From positions 1,203,620 through 1,267,619 of the forward strand of contig BDGG01000004.1 in NCBI GenBank assembly GCA_001949185.1: 64,000 nucleotides of DNA, read 5' to 3'. Shown piece by piece: positions 37,658 through 49,996 of the stretch; the stretch's first letter is position 1; each line of letters starts with the position of its first letter. This stretch comes from Ramazzottius varieornatus. Lineage: Eukaryota; Animalia; Tardigrada. The position numbers and the translations under genes are program-made. The notes beneath the pieces were generated by a model. It was not told the origin of the DNA. It searched no databases and worked only from the letters and a program-made list of their open reading frames with translations.

Positions 37658-40600
37658 TCAGGGAAACATCGCGGAGCACCGCTGACGAATAGCACGCGTG
37701 TCGTTGAGGACCTTGTCGAACGTGACCATATGCATCAACGATTTCCTTCCAGTATTCGCCTCAGTTACCTTTCTGAGAGCGTCCATTAGCCATTCCGACG
37801 CGATGAACATTGCGACCTGGAGGAAGAAGTTCGATTGGTGACATATCGAGCGTAAAGTTGTCGAAGTCGGAAGCACTCGTGTCTCTGATTACAATGCAGC
37901 TGCAATGCAATTCTTGGCCATGACAAACACATTGCAACGCAGCTACAATGCACCAGAGCCCAATCGAGATACAGAACTTTACGACACAGAGCCATGAAAA
38001 TACGATAAATATTCTAGTGGTCGAGGAAGACGCTTCGGAAACAAAATTATGGACTAAAATTTATACCATCGAAGACTTCTCCAGAGTCTTTGCCGAAGAA
38101 ATCTGCATCATGGTTTGACTAGCTTCAGAAAGGGCAGCTAAATGCCCAGCAGCTGAAGTACTTTTGGTATGTGTGACAGCGAAACAGTTGTGGATGGCAG
38201 TTACTAACCTGAAAGAGCGAAAAAGGGTTGTATTATACAGACCATTTACCAAGCATCTGGACACCTTATGTGCCCCTTCCGGAGCTATAAACTCGCTACT
38301 GTATCGTGAAACGTGCTTACTGCTTAGTTTGTAGTAACGGAATCTGCAAGTTTTGTTGCAAGATGCTGGTGTATTGCTTCAGCTGGGAATGATAACTGCG
38401 CTGCGAGCGTGCTATCACAGCTGTTCCAAGCAGTGCGGCCCACCATTGTCCTCTATCATCCGACCTCCAACCTAAAACTAGAAAAATCCTATCGACATCT
38501 TGAAGAGCTCCTCCCGACATACATAGTATATCTGTAACTTTAGTATCATCGCGTTTCAAGATGCCCGTTTGAGTTATCTCACCTGGTCGACTGTCAATTG
38601 ACGACCAAGAAGCGTCGCCGTACGACGAGCACTCAATGACCAGATCGACCTGGTCTAAGTATTCATCGATCCATTCTTCCCTGTAAGGAAACGGATAACG
38701 GTTGAGATTGAAAATCTAGCACAAAGACGTTGAGATACTTACGCGCAATGTGTCTGGTCGTTGGACTTGGCGAACCTGTCCAGTAATCCCTGCAACATGT
38801 GCTGACGAAACGCTCGAGAGAAGTAAGCCACCGGATCATCTAGAAACAACGATTCTTAATGCACCCCCGCAGTATGAGCACGACGTAAACGGACACGAGC
38901 ATATTACAGAAAACCTCGTTGAGTTTTCAGTTCTCTTTTAACAAATCGTACCTGGTGCCTGGAGTGAGGTAAGTGAGCACTCGTGATCAACGAAAGGAAT
39001 ATTGGTTTTCCGTAGATACTTGAGAGTCATGGGATGAAAAAGCCATTTCCAACCGAGTGGAATATCATCGTAAGTCTTGAAGCAAATACCACGAGCTCGG
39101 TTCAACGTGTAACCCTGCAAAAACCATACACATATAGCCTGATTTTGTAACTTATTCGACATTAAACTTTTCAATACTTCATGATGAAGTTGTCATGTCC
39201 AGATATTGAGACAAAAAAGTGGCGTACCAGGAAATACCAGACAGGTCGAGGCAGCGATCGCTTCATTTCCAGGGCGATAGCCGCATACATCTCCAGGAAC
39301 ATGTCGGCAGGCAGCGCTTCACCTGCAGCTTCCGCCAGGTTGACAGCACACAACGCCAAATTCATGGCACCCAAGTAAGCTTCCTTGGAGGCACTGGGAC
39401 CCGTCACATACAGCCGGTGAAGCTTGTGATACAAAATAGCCGCATCGCGGGCAGACTTCTGCACAATCTCGTGTCGATCACCAAAGTCTGACAACTTCAG
39501 CGAGAAGCCCACCGTCTCTTCCAGCCAGTTCCCCACTACCAGGTGGTGCAGGGCATGTCGCACGGACTGCCAGCACAGACTGGCGAAAATGTCGAGGGGA
39601 GAACGAGGAAGTGGGCGACCACAAGCTTCGAAAGCTTGAGCCATCTTCTCCATGGCGTCTTTCCGTTTACCCTGAGGAAAATTTAAAATCATTCGAATGT
39701 TCATTTGTGTGATCTCGCATCTGGTTTTCTGGCTCGCAAACTTCGCTTCAATGACATGCCTGGGCCAAGTCGATGTCAGCCTGACGAGAGAGACTCCAGA
39801 ATCTCAGCGCGGACTCGCTCTTCGGCCGGAGGACTGGTTCGCCAAAGACGTACAGACGAATGAGGATGCCCAGAATGATGCAGATGTTGACAAGCCAGAG
39901 CAGCCATGTTGGTTGACCGTCAGTGAAGTCCACTTGAGCCATAGTTCGACTCCCCGTCTGTTCCTCCACCGTACCACCCAATGTAACCAGCGACTTCTTG
40001 CCAAACATGTACTGAACCGGGTTCACAAAGAACACTGCGAACATCGTCAGACACAACAACATTCGGGAACGATCGTGGATGCCGGTGGAGGACTTTTCCA
40101 CTTTGGCCCGCTTCGTCCCGCGTTTCTACGAGTCAACATCGAAACTTAATCAAGACTCGTTTCCTTAATATTGATCTCACCCAATTGTGTTAGTAAATTC
40201 TATACCTTCTGGTCTTGTACGGCTGGTACAGCTTGAGGACTAGAAGGCTCTGAAGTGCCACTGCGACTGCTTTCGGTGTTGGCTGGCGACCCCGGCGACG
40301 GACCATCGTCGCTAAAGAAATCCGCAGCGACGGCCGTGTCTGTCATCGCTATATCCGACACATCTGCAGCAAGTACAATACCACTGTCAAGGGCGCACAG
40401 CAAGAACCGAAATTTGAAAGGAAAGTAGGAAGTTTACCTTGATCTTTCAACCTGGCTCGCAAAGCCGCGTTCTCTTGTTGCAGCCGATGGTTAACGGTCA
40501 GCAGATGTCTAATGTAGTCGGTAGCCTTTCTCAAGACAGCTGACTTATTCATCTGGAAGGCAAAAGGACTCGATCATCCAGAAGCTGATAGAGAAAGGTA

Positions 40601-41971
40601 CATAGCTATTGGAAACCCGGCAAAAAACCTGACAAGATTGTTTTCTCGAATGCCGAGTGGCGCATGTATCTAGTATCGTTGCCTGAGAGCGTGCGCCACT
40701 TGGGAAAACGATCTTATTGAGTACTGTATGCCTCTCTCGCGCGGGGTGAATTCTATACCTTTTCGTCGGCGCCAACTAATAGGTTCTTCAGATCGTTAAT
40801 CTTTTCATTAATGCTAGTGCGATAGCGACGTTCTATAGCATTATGCGTTGTCCGTTTCTCCAACCTGACTAAGCCCATGGGCTTGCTGTGGACCAGTCGG
40901 CTGATAGCGATCTTCGGAGGCGACTGCATGTTCTGCAGTTTCTGAAACGGGGTACCTGTAGCTGGTGTAGTCGCTCTGAAGAGATCCAGCAGCGGCTGGG
41001 CGTCTTTGGCCGTAATGGAAGTCGACGAGGTTATGTGGGGTACAATGGGCGTGACTGTAAGGGTTAGTGGAAGGTTTAGCGGTATCACGGATGGAGACGA
41101 AGAGACCGGAAGTGTCATTCGCTGTGGAATGTCTAACTTCGCCGGCGGAGGTATCGCCTGCAATACCAAAGAGTGTTATTCTGTGTAAACCAAGTCTGGG
41201 TCATTCAAGAGTTTACCTGGTTTTGGATGAGCGGTTGTTGAACGCTGAAAGGATGAAGGTTTTCGTTTTGGACTGGCGTTATTTGACTGGGAATGCTCTG
41301 AACTGAGCTGGGAATTTGCTGAGTCTGACTGTGGACTTTCAAATGATTGACAGGAAACTGTCCTGTATGGTCTGGCAACAACGGCGGAAGGGAGAGAATT
41401 TGCCCAAGGAGACTACCGCTGTGCGTGCTAACATTGGCGTTTGGGACGTTATTGTGCATGTTTTGCTGCTGACCGAAAATACTGTGGTTGGATGTCTGCT
41501 GTGGATATGTTTGAGGTTGTTGCTGTTGAGGAATGTACTGAGACGTAGACTGTAAACGTGGAGAGGGAGCCTGATAGTATTCAGGTTGTAATAGTGATGG
41601 ATTGTTGAGCGTCGGTTCGTAGTAAGTCTGTATCAAGCTCGAAGCTTCTTCCGGACTGAACAGCTCCAGGTCCAGTTCATCGTTCTCGCCCAGCATCGGC
41701 AGAGACCCACTGGCGTCGAAGAGACTAGTTCCCTCGCCCAAGGGAACGTCGGCGGAAAACATCTGAAGCATATCTAGGGGAACACAAACAGAGATCTTAA
41801 TGCTGATTGCGACTAGATGGGCAGCGGATAAGATGCCATCGATGGCGGAATTTGGCCCAGCTAACCGTCCTTGGACAAAAGACCGTTCGAGAGTTCCACG
41901 TAGACAAGTTATATCATCACAAAGGTAGAAAGAGGGATACCTTCGAAATCCCTGGCGGTGAATGATTCCAT
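37658..41971 (-). CDS. SREBP: Sterol regulatory element-binding protein
   Basis: Acidic N-terminus (DMLQMF), bHLH-Zip with diagnostic Tyr ([16 protein letters not shown]...[13 protein letters not shown]), DRSR-TM1-NP, TM2, and regulatory domain ([22 protein letters not shown]). The 3' end is approximate. Confidence 0.93.
40618..40735. repeat. Family A copy 7 (SREBP intron)
   Basis: CCGAGTGGCGCATG...CGTGCGCCACTTGGGAAAACGATC. Confidence 0.8.
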
Positions 41972-42920
41972 AGTAAACGCAACTCCAGCGAAAACAATCC
42001 AGAAATTCCGTCCGAATGGTAACTTCGCTCAGTCCGAACAGTTCGACCTGCGCTGCAGATTCACTGGCTTCGGATGGTCATCTTCCTAACTCCATCCAGA
42101 CCTGAAATCAAATATCTAATACATAATACGGAACGGTACAGAACGATCCAGCCGAAAGAGGAAAAATCAGTGATATTCGACAGAGTGTTGAATTCCGGTG
42201 AATGGGGGATGATTCCACTTACCTAGAGTGTGTGGCCGATCCTGGAAGGCTCTGTCAGCAACTCCACATGTTCAGCAGACTGGAAGCACTGGAGGTTCCT
42301 CCTCGGACGCAACGGATGCTGAGTACGATCGACGTTAATCGTCCAAAAAGTCCTTTGCGAGGGAGCATGAATGGATTTCTGGCACGGATTTCACTCAACC
42401 GTAGAAGACGCAAACGGCAGACCTGTCTCCTAACTGGCGAGACGAGCACAAACGAGACCGCCTCCGCGTGAGAAACTCGTGACGTCAGCCCAGAGCATGG
42501 CTCCTTAAATCTTACAGGGTTTCCCTTTTGCACCTCGTTTTCCTTAATGTCTTAATTAGGACTTCCTGTTAACAGTGTTCGTTTTGAGTACGCTCGGTAG
42601 ACTAGAATCAGATCTTAGAGAAAGCGCATGACATGTCGTTGTGACCAAGAAAGAACGAAGAGGATATTAACAAAAAAAGGGAATGTTACAACCTCTAGGA
42701 AATTCATTCGCTCAGAGACCTCGCGCTCTGGTTATTGCTAAATCCAACACAAACTCCCACGACATCGTCAATCATCGACAAAGGGTTCACAACAGCTCAA
42801 CGAAAGGAAACAAACCTTCACTTCAGGAGTAAGAAAACTTGCTAGAATATCTCACGAACACGCTTCCTATGCAGGAGGAAGTCGTCTTCGGTTAACTTTC
42901 ATCACATGACTTTCGTTGTG

Positions 42921-43247
42921 TTAGTGGCTGGGGTTCTTGGGAGGCATGCCAACCTTTTGCAGCATTTCTTGTTCCGTCTGTTGTTCCTCGACCGAAGCCC
43001 GTCGTTGTCCTCTTCCTCTAGGCCCAGAGTGCAAGGCGCGGAGAACATCACCGTCGCGATCGGCCAACACCATACCTTCCTCCAGTACGTCTTTGCTCTT
43101 GTGATGCAGTAACTCTGCGTCACTCCGCGCGTACTTCCCCGCCGTAGCGATGTTGGTATCCGGACTTTCCACTGGATGAGGATGCGAAGCAGCGGGATCG
43201 CCAACATATCCCCTCTTCTCGGTAATGTCCGACGTATTGGTACTCAT
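42921..43247 (-). CDS. Small hydrophilic orphan protein (108 aa)
   Basis: Clean ORF from ATG 43247, preceded by a canonical 5'-UTR intron (donor GAG|gtaagt near 43330). No recognisable domain. Confidence 0.55.
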   Translation of the reverse strand: MSTNTSDITEKRGYVGDPAASHPHPVESPDTNIATAGKYARSDAELLHHKSKDVLEEGMVLADRDGDVLRALHSGPRGRGQRRASVEEQQTEQEMLQKVGMPPKNPSH

Positions 43248-43593
43248 GTTGAAGTCCGCGACGTAAACTAAAACTACAGATGCCAAAACGTCATTAACGG
43301 TCGTTTCTGAACCGTGGAACGCGGACTTACCTCCGATAAACGGCAAAAGCAAGTTTCACGGTCTTCGATGCAAAAGATATGACACTTCCAGACCGATGCA
43401 AACTGTCAAAATTCAAAAGTATCTCGACGATATTTACGAGGTAAATAAACGATGTGACACAACAGCGCTACCGTGCGTTGCGAGATCGACGGAGCATGAC
43501 GTAACGGGCGTGGTTGAATGAGCCGAAGAAATCAATGGACCTCCGTTAAGATAATTACGTCATCGCGTGGGAAATCAGCAGTCCGTCGATGTC

Positions 43594-43604
43594 GTGACTC
43601 GGCA
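43594..43604 (+). promoter_or_regulatory. Candidate antioxidant response element upstream of sulfiredoxin
   Basis: GTGACTCGGCA matches RTGACnnnGCR, about 180 bp upstream of the SRXN1 ATG. Confidence 0.45.
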
Positions 43605-43780
43605 CTTGTGCAAACACAGATGCAGTTTCCCTTCACAGCGATTTGTTCCGATTTATCTTCGTCTTTGAAGCATTTGTCGAAAGGAATTCAGAAGGCTCAG
43701 AATGATAAAAAGGACTGTATCGAGCAGAGGGGATACAGAAATTGTTTTGCTTTAGTCTCCTGCAGCGGACCGTGTTAACG

Positions 43781-44338
43781 ATGGAGCAAGCCGCATATTC
43801 CACCGCTGGAAGCGATCCAAAAGAAGAAACGAGGACCAGTATACATAGTGGACAGGTGGGAGAAGTGCACATGATTCCCGTGGATGCGATTATCAGACCT
43901 ATTCCTTCCGTTCTTGAAGTAGGTCTTTCATATCGAAATTCCGTCTCGTTGGTCATTTGAGAAAAGCTCCAAACAGTTTCGCTTCTAACGTTGCAGGATA
44001 CCAAAGTTTGCAGTCTGATGGAAACAATCACCTCGCCAGCCGATGCTCAGAAAGTACCGCCTATTGACGTACTCTGGATCATCGGGGAGGAGGGAGGAAA
44101 CTACTTTTACGCCTTTGGAGGTAATCGTTATAGTAAAGCGGAAGTGAAGTCTCGGCTACCGATCTCGCGTTCTATTGTTAGGTTTCGTCGATTGCCATTA
44201 AACACTGTGGTTGCAGGATGCCATCGATACGAGGCATACAAGAGGCTAGGTATGAAGACCCTTCCAGCAAAGCTGATCAGGTCCTCAGTGAAGGACCTGC
44301 GGACGTACTTGGGTTCTTCGACACCCCAACTGAAGTAG
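43781..44338 (+). CDS. SRXN1: Sulfiredoxin
   Basis: [24 protein letters not shown]|GCHRYEAY (catalytic FGGCHR), DLRTYLGSS. Confidence 0.95.
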
Positions 44339-44742
44339 AATAAAGAGCGTACGCTAAAACTGTGAAAGACGTCAAAGGCTCTTCTGTCATGATTCATATT
44401 TCCCAAGATGTCCACTGTGATCAACATTACTGTATTTTCTTCTCTATAACATTTGAAATTTTTTGGTACTCATTCATGATTTCTGTGACATGTGATTTCC
44501 TCCCAGTTTTCGGGAAATTGCGTACATGATTGTTAATTTTTAATCGAATTTGAGTCTACGCATGACCCGTATACACATGTGCAAACAAAATTAAAACATA
44601 CTCCGTAAATCGCAAACGAATCTGAATGCGTCTACATCGCTTCTCAGCAGACAAAAAAAAACAACAATGTGCCGGGTACTGCCAACCAGCGAAAAAAAAA
44701 TAAATTCAACAGGCAACACTGACTATACTGGACACTACAATT

Positions 44743-46979
44743 TCAACTTTTCTTCATGAAGTCTCTGCACAACTGGACGGTAGATACTCCTTTGGGGCGA
44801 TTGTAGAAGTGCAAGAACCAGTCAAACCATTTCGTGGCTTTCTGCCCGGGACCCTCTTCAGCTGCTAAACTGGCAACTATAATCTCACTTGCTTCTTGTT
44901 CCGCCTTGCTGACAACCTTCTTTGGCTTCTCAGCTGCTTCCTGATCGTCGTCTGAATTCTGATCCGGTCGAGGCTGTGGACGCCCGCTGCCTCGAGAAAC
45001 CTTACTTGCTTCGATCTTCCTTTTCTTGCCTGAAAGAAAATACTCGTAACTCGTAAGCATGATTTTCTATATCACATTACGAACTCACCGGAACTTCTGT
45101 ACGTGGGGTACACAGGCTCGCTTTTTCGCTTCTGCGGCACCTTCTTGACGATCTGTGGAATTTTCAACTCGATGTAAGGACAATCGATGTAGCTCATAGC
45201 GTGGACCTCATCCAGGAAGAGATCCCAGATGTGCGGTTCTTTGCCTCTGGCTTCCAGCTTCTTCTGAACTACCGTAGCTTTCTCTAGACACTTAGCGAGG
45301 TGGCTGTCGCTATCCATTCCATTCTTCTCCATGAAATCCGCCAGAAAATCGACGTTTGGATCATCGAAACGTGACGCGGACTTACTTCCATCGTGTCTGT
45401 TCGTTTCTTCTTCGACCACTCGGTACGATTCCGGAAGGTTCCACACGGACTGAAGACGCTCGGAGCGACGAACACTGTTTACACCCCAACTACGTTGATT
45501 CAGTTCTTCCGCCGTCTGCAGCGCACCTACAAAGAGAAAGAGTTACGTCAAGACGCTGCATTCAACATGCTGAGCTCGAGAGAAAGTACCTGAGCTACGT
45601 CCAGTAGAACACGCTACCGATCTCTCTACATCCGGTAGCTTACAGTCGTTCGCCATTCTGCAGACGCGGCTGACGGCTTCCAAGGTTTTCGACATGGAGT
45701 AATCTACTGGATTACAGTCGCCAGAACCTGAGAATACAACCTCTATCGACTGTACTGTCGGCGAGAAGATAGATATCACTTACAGAACATATTCATCTTG
45801 CCGGAAACACCTAGAGAAATTTGGGCCTTGAGATCATCGAATCGAATGTCCGCCTTGCCTTTCTGGATGGAGTAATCAAACCTGCAAAACGAGAAATCTT
45901 CACTGATAAATTTGAATTCTGGGGCTGGGCACCAAAGTCCGAAAGACTTACGAGACTTCCTCTGGATATTCTTGCTGTAAGTTTCGCAAGTGTACTCGGA
46001 AAGGGAGAGCGGAAGTGGCTTGGATTTGAGTGAAACGATGATCGAAGAGTCCAGCTGGCTCCTGACCGATACGTCTGAAGATGCCAACCACCAACTTGGC
46101 TACGCTTTCTGCCTCTTCGAAACTGCAACAATCAATCTCAGAGAATCCTTCTCACTGCAAGCTGAAAGTTTCGCATTCTTACCTTCCTTGCCCTTCACAT
46201 TTCACAATGCCATTCGTCTGGACTCGAACACTGCCTGTATAGCAGGAAAATTTAATCGTCGCCTGCCGGGAGAAACAAAGACCAGAATGTTATGGATGGT
46301 CGAGAGTATCCACTGTACTGGTTTATACTAATGCCCGGGAAGTTTCTGAGCAAGTTACCGTATTGCCTTTCAACAGTGCGAAAACGCCTAACGTTTCTTC
46401 CAGCTGGATCAGCGATTCCACATTTGCTCGAAACTCTTTCTTGTCGCTCAGCCTGAAAGTGGAGAAAACGCTGATGATTTGCGTGTCCAAGTGGTGTTCG
46501 ATGTGGGCTTTAGGTTCTTCCATCCCCACGGGTACGACGCCATCGGTAGAGACTGAGGTGGGCATCCCTGAGCCTGCAGACAAGGCACGCGGTTATCTTC
46601 AAACCCATAATAATCGCATCAAACTCGTACCTGATGACTATCGGTCGCTCCGGCCGGTGCGACCTCCTCTTACACTCTCAGAACAAAGCAAAACGTGCGT
46701 CCGTAGCTGACCAGAAGAACCTTGGAACATGCAAAACCGAAAAGAAGAACTTTGCAGAAATACGGCGTCTCATTCGGAAGCGAAACTCAGACAGAGATCG
46801 GAATCTCGAAGACTGCTGGCTGCAAAACAAACGCTCTGCGCTGACGTGAGTGCGCTCTGCCGATTCTTTGTTGCGCCGGCGTACGTACTACCAGAGTGAT
46901 CGGTACTAGGTAATGGTACTGCTGGTGCTACGTAATCGACGTCGTCGAATGGGTGATGAATCGCACTGTTTCGTACCAT
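44743..46979 (-). CDS. Multi-exon hypothetical protein
   Basis: Chain of minus-strand ORF segments with splice signals (46323-46583, 45811-46240, 45072-45779, 44743-45030). No family recognised and the 5' exon structure is uncertain. Confidence 0.55.
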
Positions 46980-47196
46980 GTTTCTGTCATTGATTGTTGA
47001 TTAATTGTGGAACAGCTGTTTATAGTTTGGCCACTTCGACATTTTCATTGATCCGTAACTGATTTTTGATTCATATCAATCTTGAAAAGTATTGCCACGC
47101 GAATCTTCCGCATTGCTCGTCCTAACGTTTGGTTTTCCAACTTACCTGAAGGCATAAGGTGGCGGGCCTCATACATCGTCCGGAAGCGGAGTTCCA

Positions 47197-49618
47197 ATGT
47201 CGTGGCCGTCGCGTGAGTTCTTACTCCTCAGCTTGAGTAACGCTCTTGTGGTAATGCTTGTTTTACCTTTGGCCATTCCAGTTCTTATCCACGCTTATCT
47301 ACCACCAGCAATGCATCGATCATTTTTGTGATAAAATTAATATGCGACTTCCCTTATCTTGCAGGTTTCCTCTCTCAACATGCTGCCCTAAAGAGTAGCC
47401 GAGCACGTTTAACAGTAGCTTCACTTGAAGTAAACTCAGAACACCGCAAGTCGACAGTTTTCTTCGCAAGGACAGCAAATTCACTGCAGCAGCGAAGATA
47501 TCTTCACAGCAAAAAGGTTCTGTGAAGTTTGTATTTTTGCGTGTGCGTATCTGTCGCTGTCTGCGTCTGTCGTGGATATGATTTGATTGATGTTCTTTAG
47601 ATGGCTGCAAACTCGGAAGCGGCGCACCCCGACACCACGCCCTCGATAAACGTCCGCTTGGCGGACCGATGGACTGGCCTCGACAAAAATGTTTGGTGAA
47701 CCTTCATGGGGCTTTTTCTTCTAGAACTTTTAATTCGTATGGTGTCCAGGGAGGTGCGCATCGTTTGGGCGTTAATGAGGTTGTTGATCTTTGCTGCAGG
47801 GTGGAATACACGGGCTTAGCTGCGCAGCACAAAGCTGTGAACCTCGGACAGGTACGCTACCACGGTGCTCCCTCGTCCAGATACAATTTTACCACTGATC
47901 TGATAGACGTTTGCAACTTCTCCTGCAGCGCTCATGGACAAAGGTTTTTCGTAGGGTTTTCCGGATTTTCCACCACCAGAATATGTGACGAAAGCATTAG
48001 CTGAAGCAACGAACGGGAAGAACACCCTGCTGAACCAGTACACCAGAGGATATGTAAGTCTGCCCTAAGGCGACAGGATAACATGCTTGTGTCGCATCCG
48101 GGTTCTCTGCGCTTCAGGTCTTTGATTACAGGGTCATCCTCGGTTGGTCAATGTGATAGCAGAGGTCTTTAGCAAGGTCCACAACCGACCGATCAATCCC
48201 ATGTCCGAAATCCTTGTAACGATAGGCGCCTATCAGTCTCTGTACTGCGCCATATCTGGACACATTAATCCCGACGACGAGGTACGTGTTTCCTATTCCC
48301 TCACACGGCTTCCACTGTTGCATTATTTGTGAAGAGTTGCATTCACAGGTGATCATAATCGAGCCATTCTTCGATTGCTACGAACCGATGGTACGCTTTG
48401 CTGGCGGCAAACCCGTGTTCGTTGCTCTCAAGCCTCCACAAGTAAGACTCTTTCTCGTACAAGACTCTTCCGCTGTACTAGTTGACAGAAAAAGAGCTCG
48501 AACTTCTTCGCAGAGTAAAGCAGGGAAGGAAATGCACAGTTCAGACTGGCTACTCGACATGAAAGATCTCGAAGCGGCCTTCACTCCCAAGACTCGCATG
48601 ATCATCCTGAACACACCCAACAATCCACTGGGCAAGGTCTTCACTAAGAAAGAACTTTCCGACATTGCGGAAATCTGCATCAGAAAGAACATCCTGGTTG
48701 TTAGCGATGAAGTTTACGAATGGCTGATCTTCGAACCTTATCAGCATGTCCGTATTGGTAAATAACCTTCCACTGTACGTAGTTGTGCTGATAATTAAGC
48801 GCAGTTTTGACAGTCTGAATACTGTACTAGACCAAGTTGTCTGTGTTTTCAGCTGATCTTCCGGGGATGTGGGAAAGAACGATAACCGTTAGGTCGGCAG
48901 GCAAGACCTTCTCGGTGACTGGTTGGAAGTTGGGCTGGTCCATTGCGCCAGCGAACTTGATCCGAAACTGCCAGGTTGCTCTGCAGAATGTGACCTATAC
49001 TTCGCCCACGCCCATTCAGGAAGCCGTCGCTGTAGGCTTGGAGATCGAGAAAGAAAGAATGGACAACAAAGACCAATGTTACTTTTACACACTTCCGGCT
49101 ATGCTGGTAGCTAAACGTGATCAAATGGCCGACATGCTCATAAAGGTATCGCTGTCATTCTTCTGTGCACTCTACAGTAATCTGTTTGATGGTAACCGAA
49201 GTGCTCATAGACTGGACTTACTCCGATCATTCCGGAAGGAGGATACTTCATGCTCGCCGACTACTCGAAACTGAAGAACCTTCCAAGCTCAATCATGATG
49301 TCAACTGAAGGTGACGAACCCAAGGACTCGCGTTTCGTAAAGTGGATGACTGCAGAAAAGAAGTTAGCGACTATTCCCGTCAGTGCCTTCTACTCGAAAG
49401 AACACAAGCATTTAGCGGAGAACTATATCCGTTTCTGCTTCTCGAAGGTTAGTCAAGAGCGCTGATCGCGTGCTGCCGTTATCGCTGAAACACTTTATGG
49501 AGCCGCTCGGATTCTGTAGAGGTTGTGAAGGATGCTAACGGAATTCTGATTACAGAATGATCAAACGCTCGATGCAACCCGGAAGATATTGGATGATTGG
49601 ATGAATGAGAAGTCCTAA
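47197..49618 (+). CDS. KYAT3: Kynurenine-oxoglutarate transaminase (class I PLP aminotransferase)
   Basis: [39 protein letters not shown] lysine motif [23 protein letters not shown]. Upstream exons encode a presequence-like segment before a second ATG at 47601. Confidence 0.9.
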
Positions 49619-49996
49619 CTAGAGAAGACCGTATTAAGTTTCTTGTGGGTTCGAAGCTGAAGTGTTTCTGGTGACAACTATATGGTTGGACTAACATTAC
49701 GAGTAAAACCGTAACCTTTGACAACAATAGTGTATATTTTCTATTTGAGCTGAAGTTTTGAGAATTTAGAATAAATTTTGATGTCGCAGAAATATAGAGC
49801 TGTGATACTGTATAACAGGAGCATGCCCCCATCCATTCAGAATGATACTGTACAAAATTTACTCAAGCAGGATGGTTTTTTTGCCAAAACAATTCGATAA
49901 AAATGTGTCATCCAAATAAACACTAACTAGGACTGGCGATACAGACCTACTAAAAAGTATTGCTAAAGCTGCTCGTTGAAAGACCCTATTCCTCAA

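Noticed and set aside
37600-37660. UGA read-through or selenocysteine at the SREBP stop
   Set aside because: The downstream frame does not resemble SREBP, stops again soon, and no SECIS is evident.
20252-41971. Lipid gene cluster (perilipin, ERG28, CDC50, SREBP)
   Set aside because: These are interspersed with unrelated genes, and chance co-location is plausible in a gene-dense genome.
47612-47665. Apparent extra family A copy (AAGCGGCGCAC...CCGCTTGG)
   Set aside because: It lies in a KYAT coding exon ([13 protein letters not shown]...), so the similarity is probably coincidental.
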